From Verrucomicrobiia bacterium (lineage in GTDB: Bacteria > Verrucomicrobiota > Verrucomicrobiia > Limisphaerales > UBA11358), in the NCBI GenBank assembly GCA_049280815.1, contig JBAPQW010000053.1, forward strand, positions 49,413 through 113,412: a stretch of DNA of 64,000 bases. Direction: 5' to 3'. The translations under genes and the position numbers were made by a program. This document shows positions 19,151 to 29,148 of this stretch, piece by piece. Positions within the stretch are counted from its first letter, which is position 1, and each line of letters starts with the position of its first letter. The notes below the pieces were generated by a model. The model had not been told where the DNA came from and made no database searches. It was given only the letters and a program-made list of their open reading frames with translations.

Positions 19151-20962
19151 ATGAATACCAAATCGATGAAATATTCCCTTCTGTCCATGTCTCTGGCGGC
19201 ACTGTGGATTTGTGGCGGCGTCGGGTCCGCCGCCACGCTCACGGTCACACCCTCGGCTATCAGCAATACCTACAGCGGGGTCATCACCCTGGACATCACC
19301 GGTGTGACCAATGGCGAAAAGGTGGCTGTTGAAACCTACCTCGATCTGAACGCCAACGGTTCGATTGATCCCGGCGAGCCGATGATGGACGCCTTTAAAA
19401 TCGCCGACGGCGGAGCCATGGTCATCGGCGGCATCACCAATATCAATGTCCCGTTCGACGGCAATTCCGCCACCGGGGCCATCACCACCACGCTGAATTT
19501 TGCGCCGCCGCTCGTACTCGAGAATATTGTGGGCCAGAAAATCTACCGCCTGGTCAGTCCCGGTGGAAATTTCTCGCCCGTGACGGCCACGCTGCTGGTG
19601 ACCAACGCCGTCACCGGCCAGACCTTGAGCGGCACGGTTTACAGCAACGGCATCACGCCGCTCCCCAATGCCGTGGTCGTGGTCCTGCCGCCGAACGGCA
19701 ACGGCTACACCGGCGCGGTGGTGGCCGACAGCAATGGACATTACAACATCAATGTCAATCCGGGCAGCTATGGGGTCATGGCGGCATTCCCCAATTTCAT
19801 CATTGACCAATCGCTCGCACCGCAGGTGACCTTGACCAATGGCATGTCCGCCACAAACGATATCTCGCTGAACAACGGCACGATCACCCTTTCCGGCAAT
19901 TTTTATGACGCCGGCAACAGCAACGGCATCGGCGGCATGATGGTTCAACTCGAATCCGGCAATCTGTTTGGCATTGGTTTCACCGACTCGAACGGCAATT
20001 ACTCCGCCGCCGTCGCGCCGGCCTTCTGGAAAGTCAAACCGACCAAGGAACGGTCGCCCCGCCGTGCGTACGTCATTTCCCAACAATCTTTTCAGGTGGA
20101 CGCCACCGGCGGCAACGTGACCAATGCCAATGTGGCCCTCTACACAGGCAACGCGCTTTTCTACGGCCGCATCACCGACAATGCCAGCACGCCGTTTGCG
20201 AACATTGAATTTGCCGGCAACGACTCGAACAACCAGTACAGCGCCAAAGGCTACGGCGATGCAAACGGTTATTACACGGTTGCCGTGCTGGGTGACACCA
20301 ATCTCCTGGACACGACCAATTTCTGGAACAGCAATCCGGACACCACTGCCAACGTGGCACTCGCGAACTATGTCCTGAATGGTTTTGAATCCACAAACAT
20401 CCTCGCCGGCCAGGCCATCCGGCAAGATTATGTGGCCCTGCCCGTCACCGCCTCCATTTCCGGCCAGGTCCGGGACAATCTCGGCAATCCGGTCGTCGGC
20501 GTCGAACTTTACGCCAGCACGTTCATCAGTGGCAACGGCTACCAGTCATTGAACGGGCTGACCGATAATTCCGGAAACTACACCCTCGGTGTGACGTCCG
20601 GCTCATGGCAGGTCTATTTCAGCATCAATGGCGGGAGTGGGAATGATTTGAGCAGCTTGGGCCTGGTGGATTATTTTGCACCTTACAACGTCACCGTCCC
20701 GCCCACCAACGCCGTGCGGAACATCACGGTTTATCAAAATGGCACGCCGGTTATCAGTCAGCCCCAGCGCTTTTCACCGACGCAATTCGGTTTCAACATC
20801 AACGGCGGCATTAATGTCAATTACACCGTGCAGGTCTCCCCCAACCTGGCCGGCGCCAGCTGGTCTTCGCTCTTCTCGCTCCAGTTGACCAACAGCCCGT
20901 TCCTTGTGGTGGACCCGAATGCGACGAACAGCCCGCGCTTCTATCGCGTGCAGAAAAACTAG
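19151..20962 (+). CDS. secreted protein with carboxypeptidase-regulatory-like repeats and FYR-type tail
   Basis: Signal peptide MNTKSMKYSLLSMSLAALWICGGVGSA. Repeated ..G.V....G.P..NA.V......Y.....DSNG.Y.. blocks. Ends ..SPRFYRVQKN. Confidence 0.8.
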   Translation: MNTKSMKYSLLSMSLAALWICGGVGSAATLTVTPSAISNTYSGVITLDITGVTNGEKVAVETYLDLNANGSIDPGEPMMDAFKIADGGAMVIGGITNINVPFDGNSATGAITTTLNFAPPLVLENIVGQKIYRLVSPGGNFSPVTATLLVTNAVTGQTLSGTVYSNGITPLPNAVVVVLPPNGNGYTGAVVADSNGHYNINVNPGSYGVMAAFPNFIIDQSLAPQVTLTNGMSATNDISLNNGTITLSGNFYDAGNSNGIGGMMVQLESGNLFGIGFTDSNGNYSAAVAPAFWKVKPTKERSPRRAYVISQQSFQVDATGGNVTNANVALYTGNALFYGRITDNASTPFANIEFAGNDSNNQYSAKGYGDANGYYTVAVLGDTNLLDTTNFWNSNPDTTANVALANYVLNGFESTNILAGQAIRQDYVALPVTASISGQVRDNLGNPVVGVELYASTFISGNGYQSLNGLTDNSGNYTLGVTSGSWQVYFSINGGSGNDLSSLGLVDYFAPYNVTVPPTNAVRNITVYQNGTPVISQPQRFSPTQFGFNINGGINVNYTVQVSPNLAGASWSSLFSLQLTNSPFLVVDPNATNSPRFYRVQKN

Positions 20963-21270
20963 GGAATCGCCCGGACACTGGCGCGCCTGACACGAAAACA
21001 AAATTCGGTGGGGCGAACCGCTCATCTTCACTTATCAGCGCTAATGAGCGCGAATTCGCGGTTAAGTTAAATTTCTTGGTGTGCTCTGGGTTCTCTGCGG
21101 TTGGAAATTCATTTCCCTGAAAATCCGCGTCCGTCCGTGCTCATCCGTGGTTAAAAACGCCTGATCCGATCCGGCTTTCTGATCAGCCCGCTCGCGATGT
21201 ATCGGAGCCGGCTCGCGAAAGCTTTCGGAGTTCACTCGCGATTTATCGGAGTTGATTTGGGCGAGCCAGG

Positions 21271-23757
21271 CTAATTTGCCTGCAGGCGGAAGAACTCCGT
21301 CGCGCCGCCGATGGCGTTTGTATAAGGACTGGTGGCTCCGATCACATTGGTGTAAGTGCCCGTCACCAGCGGGGCCGATTGGAGGGAAAATACCGCTGCC
21401 GGATCAGTCCAGCTCAACACCACGGCATTGCCGACGCCTTTAATGCTGAGCGGGATGGGAACCACCGAAGACATCAACAACGAGAAAACCGTTCCATGCC
21501 CCGAAAGTCCGCCGTTCTCTGTGGTTCCGTAGAGCGTGCTGCCCGCCAACACCAACGTCGTGTTGGGACCCGCCCCGTCGCTGCCGCCGGTGAAATTCTT
21601 CAACACCGTGAAATTGTTGCCGGCCGTATCCAGCTTGAAAAGGGTTCCCTTGTCCGAACTCCCGCCATTGAACGTCGCTCCGTAAAGCGTCCCGCCGGAC
21701 AGCAACAGGTCGCCCGGACCCGCCCCGCCGCTGTTGGTGCCCGCAAACGTGTGGAGCACGGTGAAACCGCTGCGGTCGGTGTTGATCTTGAACACGGTTC
21801 CCTGGCTGTTCGTGCCGCCATGATACGCCGTCCCGTACAGGGTGTTGCCCGACAAAACCAGGACCGTGCCCGGATTCGCCCCGTCGCTGCCGCCCGTGAA
21901 GCTGTAGATATTGGTATAGTGGCTGCCGTCGGTATTCACCTGGAACAGGTTTCCCACACCTGAACCGCCACCCTGGGTCGCTCCGTAGAGCGTGCTGCCC
22001 GACAACACCAATCCCGCCGTCGGAATGGAGCCGTCCGTGCCGTTAAAACTGTAAATATTCGTATAGCCCGTGCCGTCGGTGTTGATTCTGAACACCGATC
22101 CGTAACCCGACCCGCCTTGCGGTGTCATCCCATAAAGCATGCTGCCCGACACCACCAGGGCCGCTATCGGCGTGGCGGGGTCGGTGTTGGCGAAACTGTA
22201 AATATTGGTGAAACCGGTGCCGTCCGAATTCATCTTGAACACCGCTCCAAATCCGCCCGTGCCACCATATCGGGTTGTGCCATAAAACATGCCGCCGGAC
22301 AACACCGGCACCGCCCGCGGATTCGCGCCATCGGGATTGTTGCCGCCTGAACCCTCGATTGTGAAATCATGGAATTCAGCGTAGCCGCTGCCATTGGTGC
22401 CAATCTCGAACAATGTGCCGTTGCCGTTCGTGCCGCCGTTCACCGTCGTGCCGAAGAGCGTGTTGCCGGACAACGCCAGGCCCGTCTGCGGATCCGCCGC
22501 GCCGCTGGTTTCGGTGAAAATACAAAGATCGGTCAGGCCGGAGCCGTTGGTGCTGACGCTGAACACCGTGCCATTGGCATAAGCGAAGACCTCCGGCAAT
22601 ATCCCGCCCGCCACCGTTGTTCCATAGAGCAGTCCGCCCGACAACACCAATCCGCCCTGCGGACCCCACCCGCCATTCCCGGTCAAACTGCAGACCGTGG
22701 CGAAGTTGGTTCCATTCGTGCTGATTTCAAACACGGTTCCAAAAAAACTGCCGACCCCGCCATTCCCGGTCGTTCCATAAAGCGTGCTGCCCGACAGCAA
22801 CAGCTCCGCAAAGGGCGTAAACCCTTCGCCGTCGATAAAACTGTAGAGATTGGTAAAGCTGCTCCCGCCGGCGACACTCACCCGGAACACCGTCCCATCG
22901 TCGGAAAAGCCATCGCTGTCTCCATACGGCGTCGTTCCATAAAGCTGGCCGCCGGCCAGCACCAATCCGGCAACGGGATTGGCTCCGTCCGTGCCCGAGC
23001 CGCTAAAACTGTGGAGCCGGTTGAAACTGGTGCCATCGCTGCTGATGCTGAATACCGTCCCATCGCCCGAATCACCTCCGTACTGTGCCGTTCCGTAAAG
23101 CGTGTTGCCCGACAATACCAGTCCCGCCACCGGAACGCCGCCATCGCTGCCATTGCTGAAACTGTACAGATTGGTGAAGCCGGTGCCGTTGGTGTTCACC
23201 CGAAAGATCGTGCCGAACCCCGTGGCGCCGCCATTCTGGGCCGTCCCGTATAAAACCCCGTTCGAGACCACCAAGGCCGCCACCGGATTGGCGCCGTCGC
23301 TGTTGGTGCCGGTGTTGATATCGAGGGCCGTGAAACTTTTCAGCACGGCAAAGCTCGTGCCATTTGTATTGAGGCTGAACACCGTACCGCTGCCCCCGCT
23401 GCCGCCTTTCATCGTCGTGCCAAACAGCGTGCTGCCGGACAACACCAGGCCCGCCTGCGGACTCGCCCCGTCGCTGTTCGTGCCCGTCATAATGTCCGTG
23501 AGCGGGAAATTCTTGATCACCGTGAAGCCCGTGCCATTGGTCTGAATCCGGAACACCAGCCCCGCCGCGCCCGCCCCGCCATCCGTGGCGATGCCGTACA
23601 ACGTGCCCTCCGGCCCCTGCGCCAGCGTTCCCCGGGCATGCAGCCCGGTCACGTTGATGTTGGGATTAAAAGTCTTGAGGACCGTGTAGGTTTGTGCCCC
23701 GGCCGCAGTCGCCAGCGATGCCAGCATCAGGCACAGCGATTTTGTGGTCAATTTCAT
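21271..23757 (-). CDS. choice-of-anchor tandem-repeat (GloVer) protein with FYR-type tail
   Basis: ATG at 23757 (MKLTTKSLCLMLASLATAAGAQ). About 14 tandem ~48-aa repeats of the form F..L.SF....DGA.P.AGLVLSG.TLYGTT..GG..G.GTVF... Ends ..EFFRLQAN. The ORF-track extension to 24033 reads through a repeat element. Confidence 0.9.
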   Translation of the reverse strand: MKLTTKSLCLMLASLATAAGAQTYTVLKTFNPNINVTGLHARGTLAQGPEGTLYGIATDGGAGAAGLVFRIQTNGTGFTVIKNFPLTDIMTGTNSDGASPQAGLVLSGSTLFGTTMKGGSGGSGTVFSLNTNGTSFAVLKSFTALDINTGTNSDGANPVAALVVSNGVLYGTAQNGGATGFGTIFRVNTNGTGFTNLYSFSNGSDGGVPVAGLVLSGNTLYGTAQYGGDSGDGTVFSISSDGTSFNRLHSFSGSGTDGANPVAGLVLAGGQLYGTTPYGDSDGFSDDGTVFRVSVAGGSSFTNLYSFIDGEGFTPFAELLLSGSTLYGTTGNGGVGSFFGTVFEISTNGTNFATVCSLTGNGGWGPQGGLVLSGGLLYGTTVAGGILPEVFAYANGTVFSVSTNGSGLTDLCIFTETSGAADPQTGLALSGNTLFGTTVNGGTNGNGTLFEIGTNGSGYAEFHDFTIEGSGGNNPDGANPRAVPVLSGGMFYGTTRYGGTGGFGAVFKMNSDGTGFTNIYSFANTDPATPIAALVVSGSMLYGMTPQGGSGYGSVFRINTDGTGYTNIYSFNGTDGSIPTAGLVLSGSTLYGATQGGGSGVGNLFQVNTDGSHYTNIYSFTGGSDGANPGTVLVLSGNTLYGTAYHGGTNSQGTVFKINTDRSGFTVLHTFAGTNSGGAGPGDLLLSGGTLYGATFNGGSSDKGTLFKLDTAGNNFTVLKNFTGGSDGAGPNTTLVLAGSTLYGTTENGGLSGHGTVFSLLMSSVVPIPLSIKGVGNAVVLSWTDPAAVFSLQSAPLVTGTYTNVIGATSPYTNAIGGATEFFRLQAN

Positions 23758-23850
23758 GAATCGGTTCCTTTCTGATTTATCCGCCCCCTGACTTACCGCA
23801 GGTATTAAAGCGTGAAATGTGACCCGCGTCGAGTTAAATGAGCATTTCCA

Positions 23851-23920
23851 GGCCACAGATGGCCACAGATGAAACGCAAATAAAGACGTCTGTAAAAATC
23901 TGTGTCCATCTGCGGCTGGA
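23851..23920. repeat. hairpin element, family A (GGCCACAGATG..CAGATGAAACGCA / ..TCTGTG..CATCTGTGGCT)
   Basis: ggccacagatggccacagatgaaacgcaaataaagacgtctgtaaaaatctgtgtccatctgcggctgga. The two halves are imperfect reverse complements. Confidence 0.8.
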
Positions 23921-24031
23921 ACCCCATCTCCCAACTGCCATCTGCCATCGCCTAAATTCCCTAGATCCGCTTTTGCCTCGGTGAATAAGTCCCGCTTGAC
24001 CAGATGCGCGCACGGGTTCAGAGTCCTTCTC

Positions 24032-24967
24032 ATGCTCAGAAGGCATTGGTTTTCGGATTTGGTCCGTTGGATTTTTCAATCCCGGAATTTTTTTAAAGTG
24101 ACCGGTATGGGAATGTTGTTGGCTGTCCCGGCCCACGGACAAATTTACGTGGTCAATGCCGGGAGCGGCACCATCGGTGAATATTCCCTCACCGGCCAGG
24201 CCATCAACACTTCATTCCTCACCGGTTTGAGCAGCCCCACCGGCATTGCCGTGTCCGGCGGCTATATGTATGTGGCGCAGCAGAATGGCACCATCCGCAA
24301 ATACACCACGGCCGGATCCCTCGTAAACGCCTCATTGATCAGCGGTTTGTACCTTCCCTGGGGCATTGCCATATCCGGCAACAATCTGTTTGTGGCCAAT
24401 GCCGGCGGCGAGTCGAGCACCATTGGGGAATATACCACCTCCGGAGCCACGCTGAACGCTTCGCTGGTGTCCGGCTTGGGCAACCCCACCGGATTGGCGA
24501 CGGACGGGAATAATTTATTCGTGACTTGTTGGCATACCGGCACCGTCGGCATCTATACGACTTCCGGGGCGGGGATCAACACGTTCGGTGCCCCGGGGGC
24601 ATATCCCGGAGGGGTGACCCTTGATGGGAACGGACACGTTTACGTGTCCACGCTGAACGGCGTGGGCGAATACACGACGGCCGGAGCGCCAATAAATACG
24701 ACCCTCATTTCCGGCGGCTACAACAGCGGTATCGGCATCGCGCTGGACGGCAGCGGACATCTGTTCTGGGCGGATAATTACGGTGGTGCGGGCGGAAACC
24801 TCATCGGCGAATACACCACCGGCGGACAATTGATCAACGCCTCATTCATCACCGGGCTGAGCAACCCCGTTGCCATGGCTGTGGTCGTGCCCGAACCGGC
24901 GGCATCCGCTCTGATGTTGATTGGCCTGGCTGGCCTGATTTTCAAACCAGCCTCCCGGCGCGATTGA
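24032..24967 (+). CDS. NHL/beta-propeller repeat protein with PEP-CTERM anchor
   Basis: ATG at 24032. Repeated ..P.GIA..G..L(F/Y)VAN.. blades. C-terminal VVPEPAASALMLIGLAGLIFKPASRRD is a PEP-CTERM sorting signal. Confidence 0.85.
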   Translation: MLRRHWFSDLVRWIFQSRNFFKVTGMGMLLAVPAHGQIYVVNAGSGTIGEYSLTGQAINTSFLTGLSSPTGIAVSGGYMYVAQQNGTIRKYTTAGSLVNASLISGLYLPWGIAISGNNLFVANAGGESSTIGEYTTSGATLNASLVSGLGNPTGLATDGNNLFVTCWHTGTVGIYTTSGAGINTFGAPGAYPGGVTLDGNGHVYVSTLNGVGEYTTAGAPINTTLISGGYNSGIGIALDGSGHLFWADNYGGAGGNLIGEYTTGGQLINASFITGLSNPVAMAVVVPEPAASALMLIGLAGLIFKPASRRD

Positions 24968-25210
24968 AGGTTGGGGGCTCCAGCTTTTGACGTCCGCCCG
25001 GTTTTGGGAAATGAAACCTTGGCGTTCCTGGCGGTTAAATCTGCTGTTCAGCGTTCGATTATTTGAACCACAAAGTAACGAAGGGCACCAAAAAGACTTC
25101 TCAGAAGTTGGTAGGGCTGGCAGCCTGCTCGCGATTTATCGGAGCCTGCTCGCGAAAGCTTTCGGAGTTACCTTCTGTTCAATCCGTTTTTGCTGTACTG
25201 GCCTTCAAGC

Positions 25211-25284
25211 GATAAAAAATCTGTGTTTATCTGTGTCCATCTGTGGCTGAAAATCTTTGCGCCTTGGTGTCTTCGTGGTGAACC
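25211..25284. repeat. family A half-element plus family B tail
   Basis: gataaaaaatctgtgtttatctgtgtccatctgtggctgaaaatctttgcgccttggtgtcttcgtggtgaacc. Confidence 0.7.
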
Positions 25285-25387
25285 CCGGTTTGAGCTTGAT
25301 CCGATCCGCCTTTCCGCAACTCATCCGGATTCGTGGTGTTTATCCTTTCATGCCGTTGAACTCAACCCATTGAAACCAATTATTGCC

Positions 25388-25897
25388 ATGAAAACATTAC
25401 CGCTGATTCTCGTTGCCCTGCTGGTTGCCGTTGCCTCTCATGCACAGCCACAACTTCCGCCGCCCCAACAGCCTCCCGGCGCGCCGCCCGCCATCGCTTC
25501 TGCCAGGAGCCCCGTCAACTACCTTGTTCGCGTGGAGTGGAAGGAGCCAAAAAGTGACCCGAAGTTCCTGGAAATACTGACCACCGAAGGCGCTTTCGAA
25601 CTCAACACCATCCAGAAGAATTCCGTGAAGATCAATAACAACGACATTCCCGTCACGTTGAAGTTGAGCGGCACCCTCAACGCCCTCAACGATGAAAAAG
25701 GCCGGCTCCAATTATTCCTGGGCCGCACCGTGCCTTACGTGACCGGTGGCTCCGGCTTCGGATCGCCCAACTCATCCTACTCCCAGATGAACGTTGGCTT
25801 GGAGTCCACCTTCCTGGTCCAGTTCGGAAAACCCGTGATCGTCCAGACCGATGAAAACGGGCAGATCTCCATCCTCGTCAAACGCCTCGAAATTTAA
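25388..25897 (+). CDS. secreted protein, unknown function
   Basis: ATG at 25388 gives MKTLPLILVALLVAVASHAQP. 169 aa. The upstream part of the ORF-track ORF translates repeat DNA. Confidence 0.65.
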   Translation: MKTLPLILVALLVAVASHAQPQLPPPQQPPGAPPAIASARSPVNYLVRVEWKEPKSDPKFLEILTTEGAFELNTIQKNSVKINNNDIPVTLKLSGTLNALNDEKGRLQLFLGRTVPYVTGGSGFGSPNSSYSQMNVGLESTFLVQFGKPVIVQTDENGQISILVKRLEI

Positions 25898-25925
25898 GCC
25901 ACAAAGGACGCCAGGGCGGGTTTCC

Positions 25926-26060
25926 GGCCACAGATGGGCGCGGATAAAACGCAGAAAAAACATCTGTGAAACTCTGTGGTCATCTGTGGCTGAAACCTTG
26001 GCGCGCCTGGCGCCTCGGCGATTTAAATTCTTCGTGCCTTTGTGCCTTCGTGGTTAAACC
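25926..26060. repeat. full family A hairpin plus family B tail
   Basis: ggccacagatgggcgcggataaaacgcag...catctgtgaaactctgtggtcatctgtggctgaaaccttggcgcgcctggcgcc...ttcgtgcctttgtgccttcgtggttaaacc. Confidence 0.8.
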
Positions 26061-26109
26061 CGTCGTTTTCCTCTGGACAGGAAACCCGCTGCGGGGCAAT
26101 GTCAAATTC

Positions 26110-26937
26110 ATGAAGACCAAATATCTCCTCGGCTTTGCGTTGCTCATAACCATCACGGCTCTTTTGTCCGGTTGCGGAAAAGCCACCACGAATCTGGAAT
26201 CGGAGAATGCCGGCCTCAAAGCGCGCGTGCAAAAGCTGGAATCGCAACTGCAAGCTGCCAACAGCCAGACCGCGTCGCAAGCCTCACAGTCCGCCCCCAC
26301 CGACGACTTGAAGAACCAGTTGGATGCAGCGCAAAAACAAGCCGAGGCGGCCGCCAATGAGTTGCTGTCGGTCAGCAACCAGGTCGAAACCCAAAAGCAG
26401 CAGATTGATGATTTGACGCGCCAACTCTCCGGGGCTCAACAAGCGAGGGAAAAAGCGGAGAAGGCTTTGCAGCTGTACCAGGACAAGGCGGTCTCGGCGA
26501 TCAAGGAATTCAAAACACTGAGAAGCACCCTGGACGACAAAACGGCCGGCCCCGATGGCTATCATCAAAATTATCTGGCCACGCAAATGGCCGTGACAAA
26601 ACTGGTTGCCGCACTTCCTGAGTCCAAGGTCCGGCGGGAGATTCTGGGTGTTCTGGCCACGTTCACGCACGCGGACGACACCTGGGAAACCGCCGCCCGG
26701 CAGATGCAGGACCGGACCAAGGCAGCCCAGGCTGATTATGACAAATTTATAAACTTTGGCGGACTGGGCCCCAACGACGTTGTGATCCAGATGGGGAAGG
26801 ACAAAATTTTGGCGCCCGCGGAGCAGGCGAATGCGGTGATGGCGTCAGCGCGCGATCAACACATGGTTTCCGCTGAACAGGACATCGACCTGGCCGTAAA
26901 AAATCTTCAGGATTTGGTGGGCGAACAAAAAACCTGA
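26110..26937 (+). CDS. coiled-coil lipoprotein
   Basis: ATG at 26110 (MKTKYLLGFALLITITALLSGC, lipobox), followed by a Q/A/E-rich coiled coil. 275 aa. Confidence 0.75.
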   Translation: MKTKYLLGFALLITITALLSGCGKATTNLESENAGLKARVQKLESQLQAANSQTASQASQSAPTDDLKNQLDAAQKQAEAAANELLSVSNQVETQKQQIDDLTRQLSGAQQAREKAEKALQLYQDKAVSAIKEFKTLRSTLDDKTAGPDGYHQNYLATQMAVTKLVAALPESKVRREILGVLATFTHADDTWETAARQMQDRTKAAQADYDKFINFGGLGPNDVVIQMGKDKILAPAEQANAVMASARDQHMVSAEQDIDLAVKNLQDLVGEQKT

Positions 26938-26965
26938 GCGTTCAGGGAAAATCATCCTCATCCCC

Positions 26966-27006
26966 GGTAGGGCGGAGCTGCGGCTCCGCCTCGTGCTCGC
27001 CCCTCA
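26966..27006. repeat. family C REP-like hairpin variant
   Basis: ggtagggcggagctgcggctccgcctcgtgctcgcccctca. Core ggcggagc/gctccgcc is an 8-bp stem. Lies directly after the stop of the 26110-26937 gene. Confidence 0.7.
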
Positions 27007-27202
27007 ACTGCCATCTATTTCTGCGCTTTCTGTGCCTTTTTGCGGCAAAAACCTTCGCGTCTTCGCGCCTTCTTTGTTCAATTCGATGTTTGATGTTTTC
27101 CTTCAGCCTTTGGCGTTCAGTCTTCAGCCTTTGCTTTAAATTACCTTGCTCCGATCCGCCTTTCGAATCAACCCGCCCCGGTCCAAATCAACGTGGCAAA
27201 TC

Positions 27203-27868
27203 TCAACCGGCTATCCGGAATCCAGTGGGTGGCGCTGGTCTGGGCAAATCAATGTACATCTTCCAGGCCTTGTCTAAATCCCCGCCTTGTAGTGCCAGCA
27301 GCGCGTCGGTCTTGACCTTTTCCCTTCCAGTTGGAGGATGATATCGGGTCCATCTTTCCAGCAGGTATTTGTAATCAATGACCATCGCGCGGAGTTTGGC
27401 GGCGACCTCGGTTGCATCCGCCGGCGCGTGGTTGGTACAGCCCCTCAGCAGGCAGTCAACCACACCGACCGGAACGTCAAACCGGTTGGCCAGGGTTTCC
27501 TTTTCTTCCCTGGCCAATTGGTCCAGCCGGCTGACATCAATCTTCTGCTTGCCGCCGACCTCCAGCGTGGTCGCGTTTACCACGACAATGGCTGGTGAGA
27601 TGAAATGGAAAGCGAACACCTGATAACTGGGTTGTCGCCGCCCTTCCGCCGCCGGCAACGCAGGGGATGATGGGTCTGATTTCGCGGACACGCTGCCACC
27701 GCCCGGGGGCGGGAGTGTTTGGCCATCGCTTCCGAGGTTCATACCCAAAATCACAAAAGTGGCCGTGAGGGTGCGAACCAGTGCCAGCCTTGAACCTCTC
27801 GGTTTCAATTGGCATGGCCGTGGGGCGCTGGTTGGACCTTCGATGGACGGATTTATTTTGGCTTTCAT
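27203..27868 (-). CDS. hypothetical protein
   Basis: ORF-track ORF 27203-27943; ATG at 27868 (MKAKINPS...) precedes a hydrophobic segment LALVRTLTATFVILGM. No family recognised. Confidence 0.4.
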   Translation of the reverse strand: MKAKINPSIEGPTSAPRPCQLKPRGSRLALVRTLTATFVILGMNLGSDGQTLPPPGGGSVSAKSDPSSPALPAAEGRRQPSYQVFAFHFISPAIVVVNATTLEVGGKQKIDVSRLDQLAREEKETLANRFDVPVGVVDCLLRGCTNHAPADATEVAAKLRAMVIDYKYLLERWTRYHPPTGREKVKTDALLALQGGDLDKAWKMYIDLPRPAPPTGFRIAG

Positions 27869-28084
27869 CGCACGATAAAAGTAGGTTGGAAACCTGGCCG
27901 ATGCCATGGGGTGTTCGCCTGATGGAGGTTTTCTTGAATTCAACCAGATGCATTGACCGCCAAGTCGGTGGGACGTGAGTGTTGAGTGTTGAGTGTTGAA
28001 TGTTTCCGCGTCTTTGCGTCTTCGTTGTTCAAATCTCTCGCCGCGCTTGTGCCTTCAGCCCTCAGCCTCTAGCCTTGGCTGGTT

Positions 28085-28981
28085 ATGGCTGACAAAATTG
28101 GATTCGTCGGAGTCGGGCGCATGGGCGCAAACATGGCCCGCCGCCTTGCGGACTGCGGCTTTCCCGTCACGGCTGTTTTCGATGCCAACGCCGCCGCGGC
28201 CCAGGCGCTCGCGCAGGAGCTCGGCTGCGTCGCCGCCGACCAGCTCAAGGTCGTCACCGCCCTGGCCGATGTCATCCTCACCGTGGTGACCGATGACCGG
28301 GCCATGAAAAAGATATTCAGCGGCGGCCTGCTGTCGCGGGCGAAGGGCAAACTGTTCATCAACTGCGCCACCATCACGCCCGGCATTCACGTCTGGGTGG
28401 AACAAAAATGCGCCGCCCGGGGCGCGCAATCGCTCGAAGCCTGCATGGCCTCCAGCATACCGCAGGCGCGGGAGGGCACGCTTTACCTCATGTGCGGCGG
28501 CCGACCGGAGACGTTCGAGCGCGCCCGGCCCGTCCTCGAAAAATTGAGCGCATCCCTGCGCTACATTGGCACCGCGGGCCAGGCCGCGCAGGTCAAGGCC
28601 CTCGTCAACCTGGTCATGAACGCCAACACCGCCGCGCTGGCCGAGGGTCTGGGACTTGGCGCCGCGCTGGGTCTCGATCTCGTCATGCTGCGCGAGGTCT
28701 TTTCCCAGACCGGCGCGCGTTCCGGCGTGCTCGAGACCGATGGCGAAGACATGCAGAACCGCGACCACGCCTGTTTTTTCTCCGCCGCCCACGCCGCCAA
28801 GGATTCCGGCATCGCCCTGAAACTGGCGCAAGGGCAGGGGCTGGCGCTCCCCATCGCCGCCGCCACCAAAAAGCAATACGACCGCATGATCAAGGCCGGC
28901 CTGGGCGAACTCGACAAATCCGGTATCGCCGAACTGACCTTCAAAGACCGCCAAGGCTTGGCCACAGATGGACTCAGATGA
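28085..28981 (+). CDS. NAD(P)-dependent beta-hydroxyacid dehydrogenase (3-hydroxyisobutyrate/6-phosphogluconate dehydrogenase-like)
   Basis: N-terminal Rossmann motif IGFVGVGRMGANMARRL. 298 aa. The last ~10 codons and the stop lie inside a family A repeat. Confidence 0.88.
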   Translation: MADKIGFVGVGRMGANMARRLADCGFPVTAVFDANAAAAQALAQELGCVAADQLKVVTALADVILTVVTDDRAMKKIFSGGLLSRAKGKLFINCATITPGIHVWVEQKCAARGAQSLEACMASSIPQAREGTLYLMCGGRPETFERARPVLEKLSASLRYIGTAGQAAQVKALVNLVMNANTAALAEGLGLGAALGLDLVMLREVFSQTGARSGVLETDGEDMQNRDHACFFSAAHAAKDSGIALKLAQGQGLALPIAAATKKQYDRMIKAGLGELDKSGIAELTFKDRQGLATDGLR

Positions 28982-29032
28982 AACGCAGATAAAATAATCT
29001 GTGAAAATCTGTGTTCATCTGTGGCTAAAGCC
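28951..29032. repeat. full family A hairpin
   Basis: ccaaggcttggccacagatggactcagatgaaacgcagataaaataatctgtgaaaatctgtgttcatctgtggctaaagc. Overlaps the 3' end of the dehydrogenase CDS. Confidence 0.85.
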
Positions 29033-29148
29033 CCCATCTCCTAAATTGGCTTGATCCGGGCACGTCGAAAATCTGCCGGATTCGCAAATTCCAATTGACA
29101 CCGGCAGCGGACTTAATAGAACCTGTTAAAGGAAGGATTAACCGAGTC

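Noticed and set aside
19145-20425. 426-aa ORF on the minus strand
   Set aside because: It is antisense to the secreted carboxypeptidase-regulatory-like protein gene (19151-20962) and has the same low-complexity character.
28055-28992. ORFs 28055-28954 (-) and 28408-28992 (+)
   Set aside because: They are antisense or off-frame to the dehydrogenase gene, which has a clear Rossmann motif.
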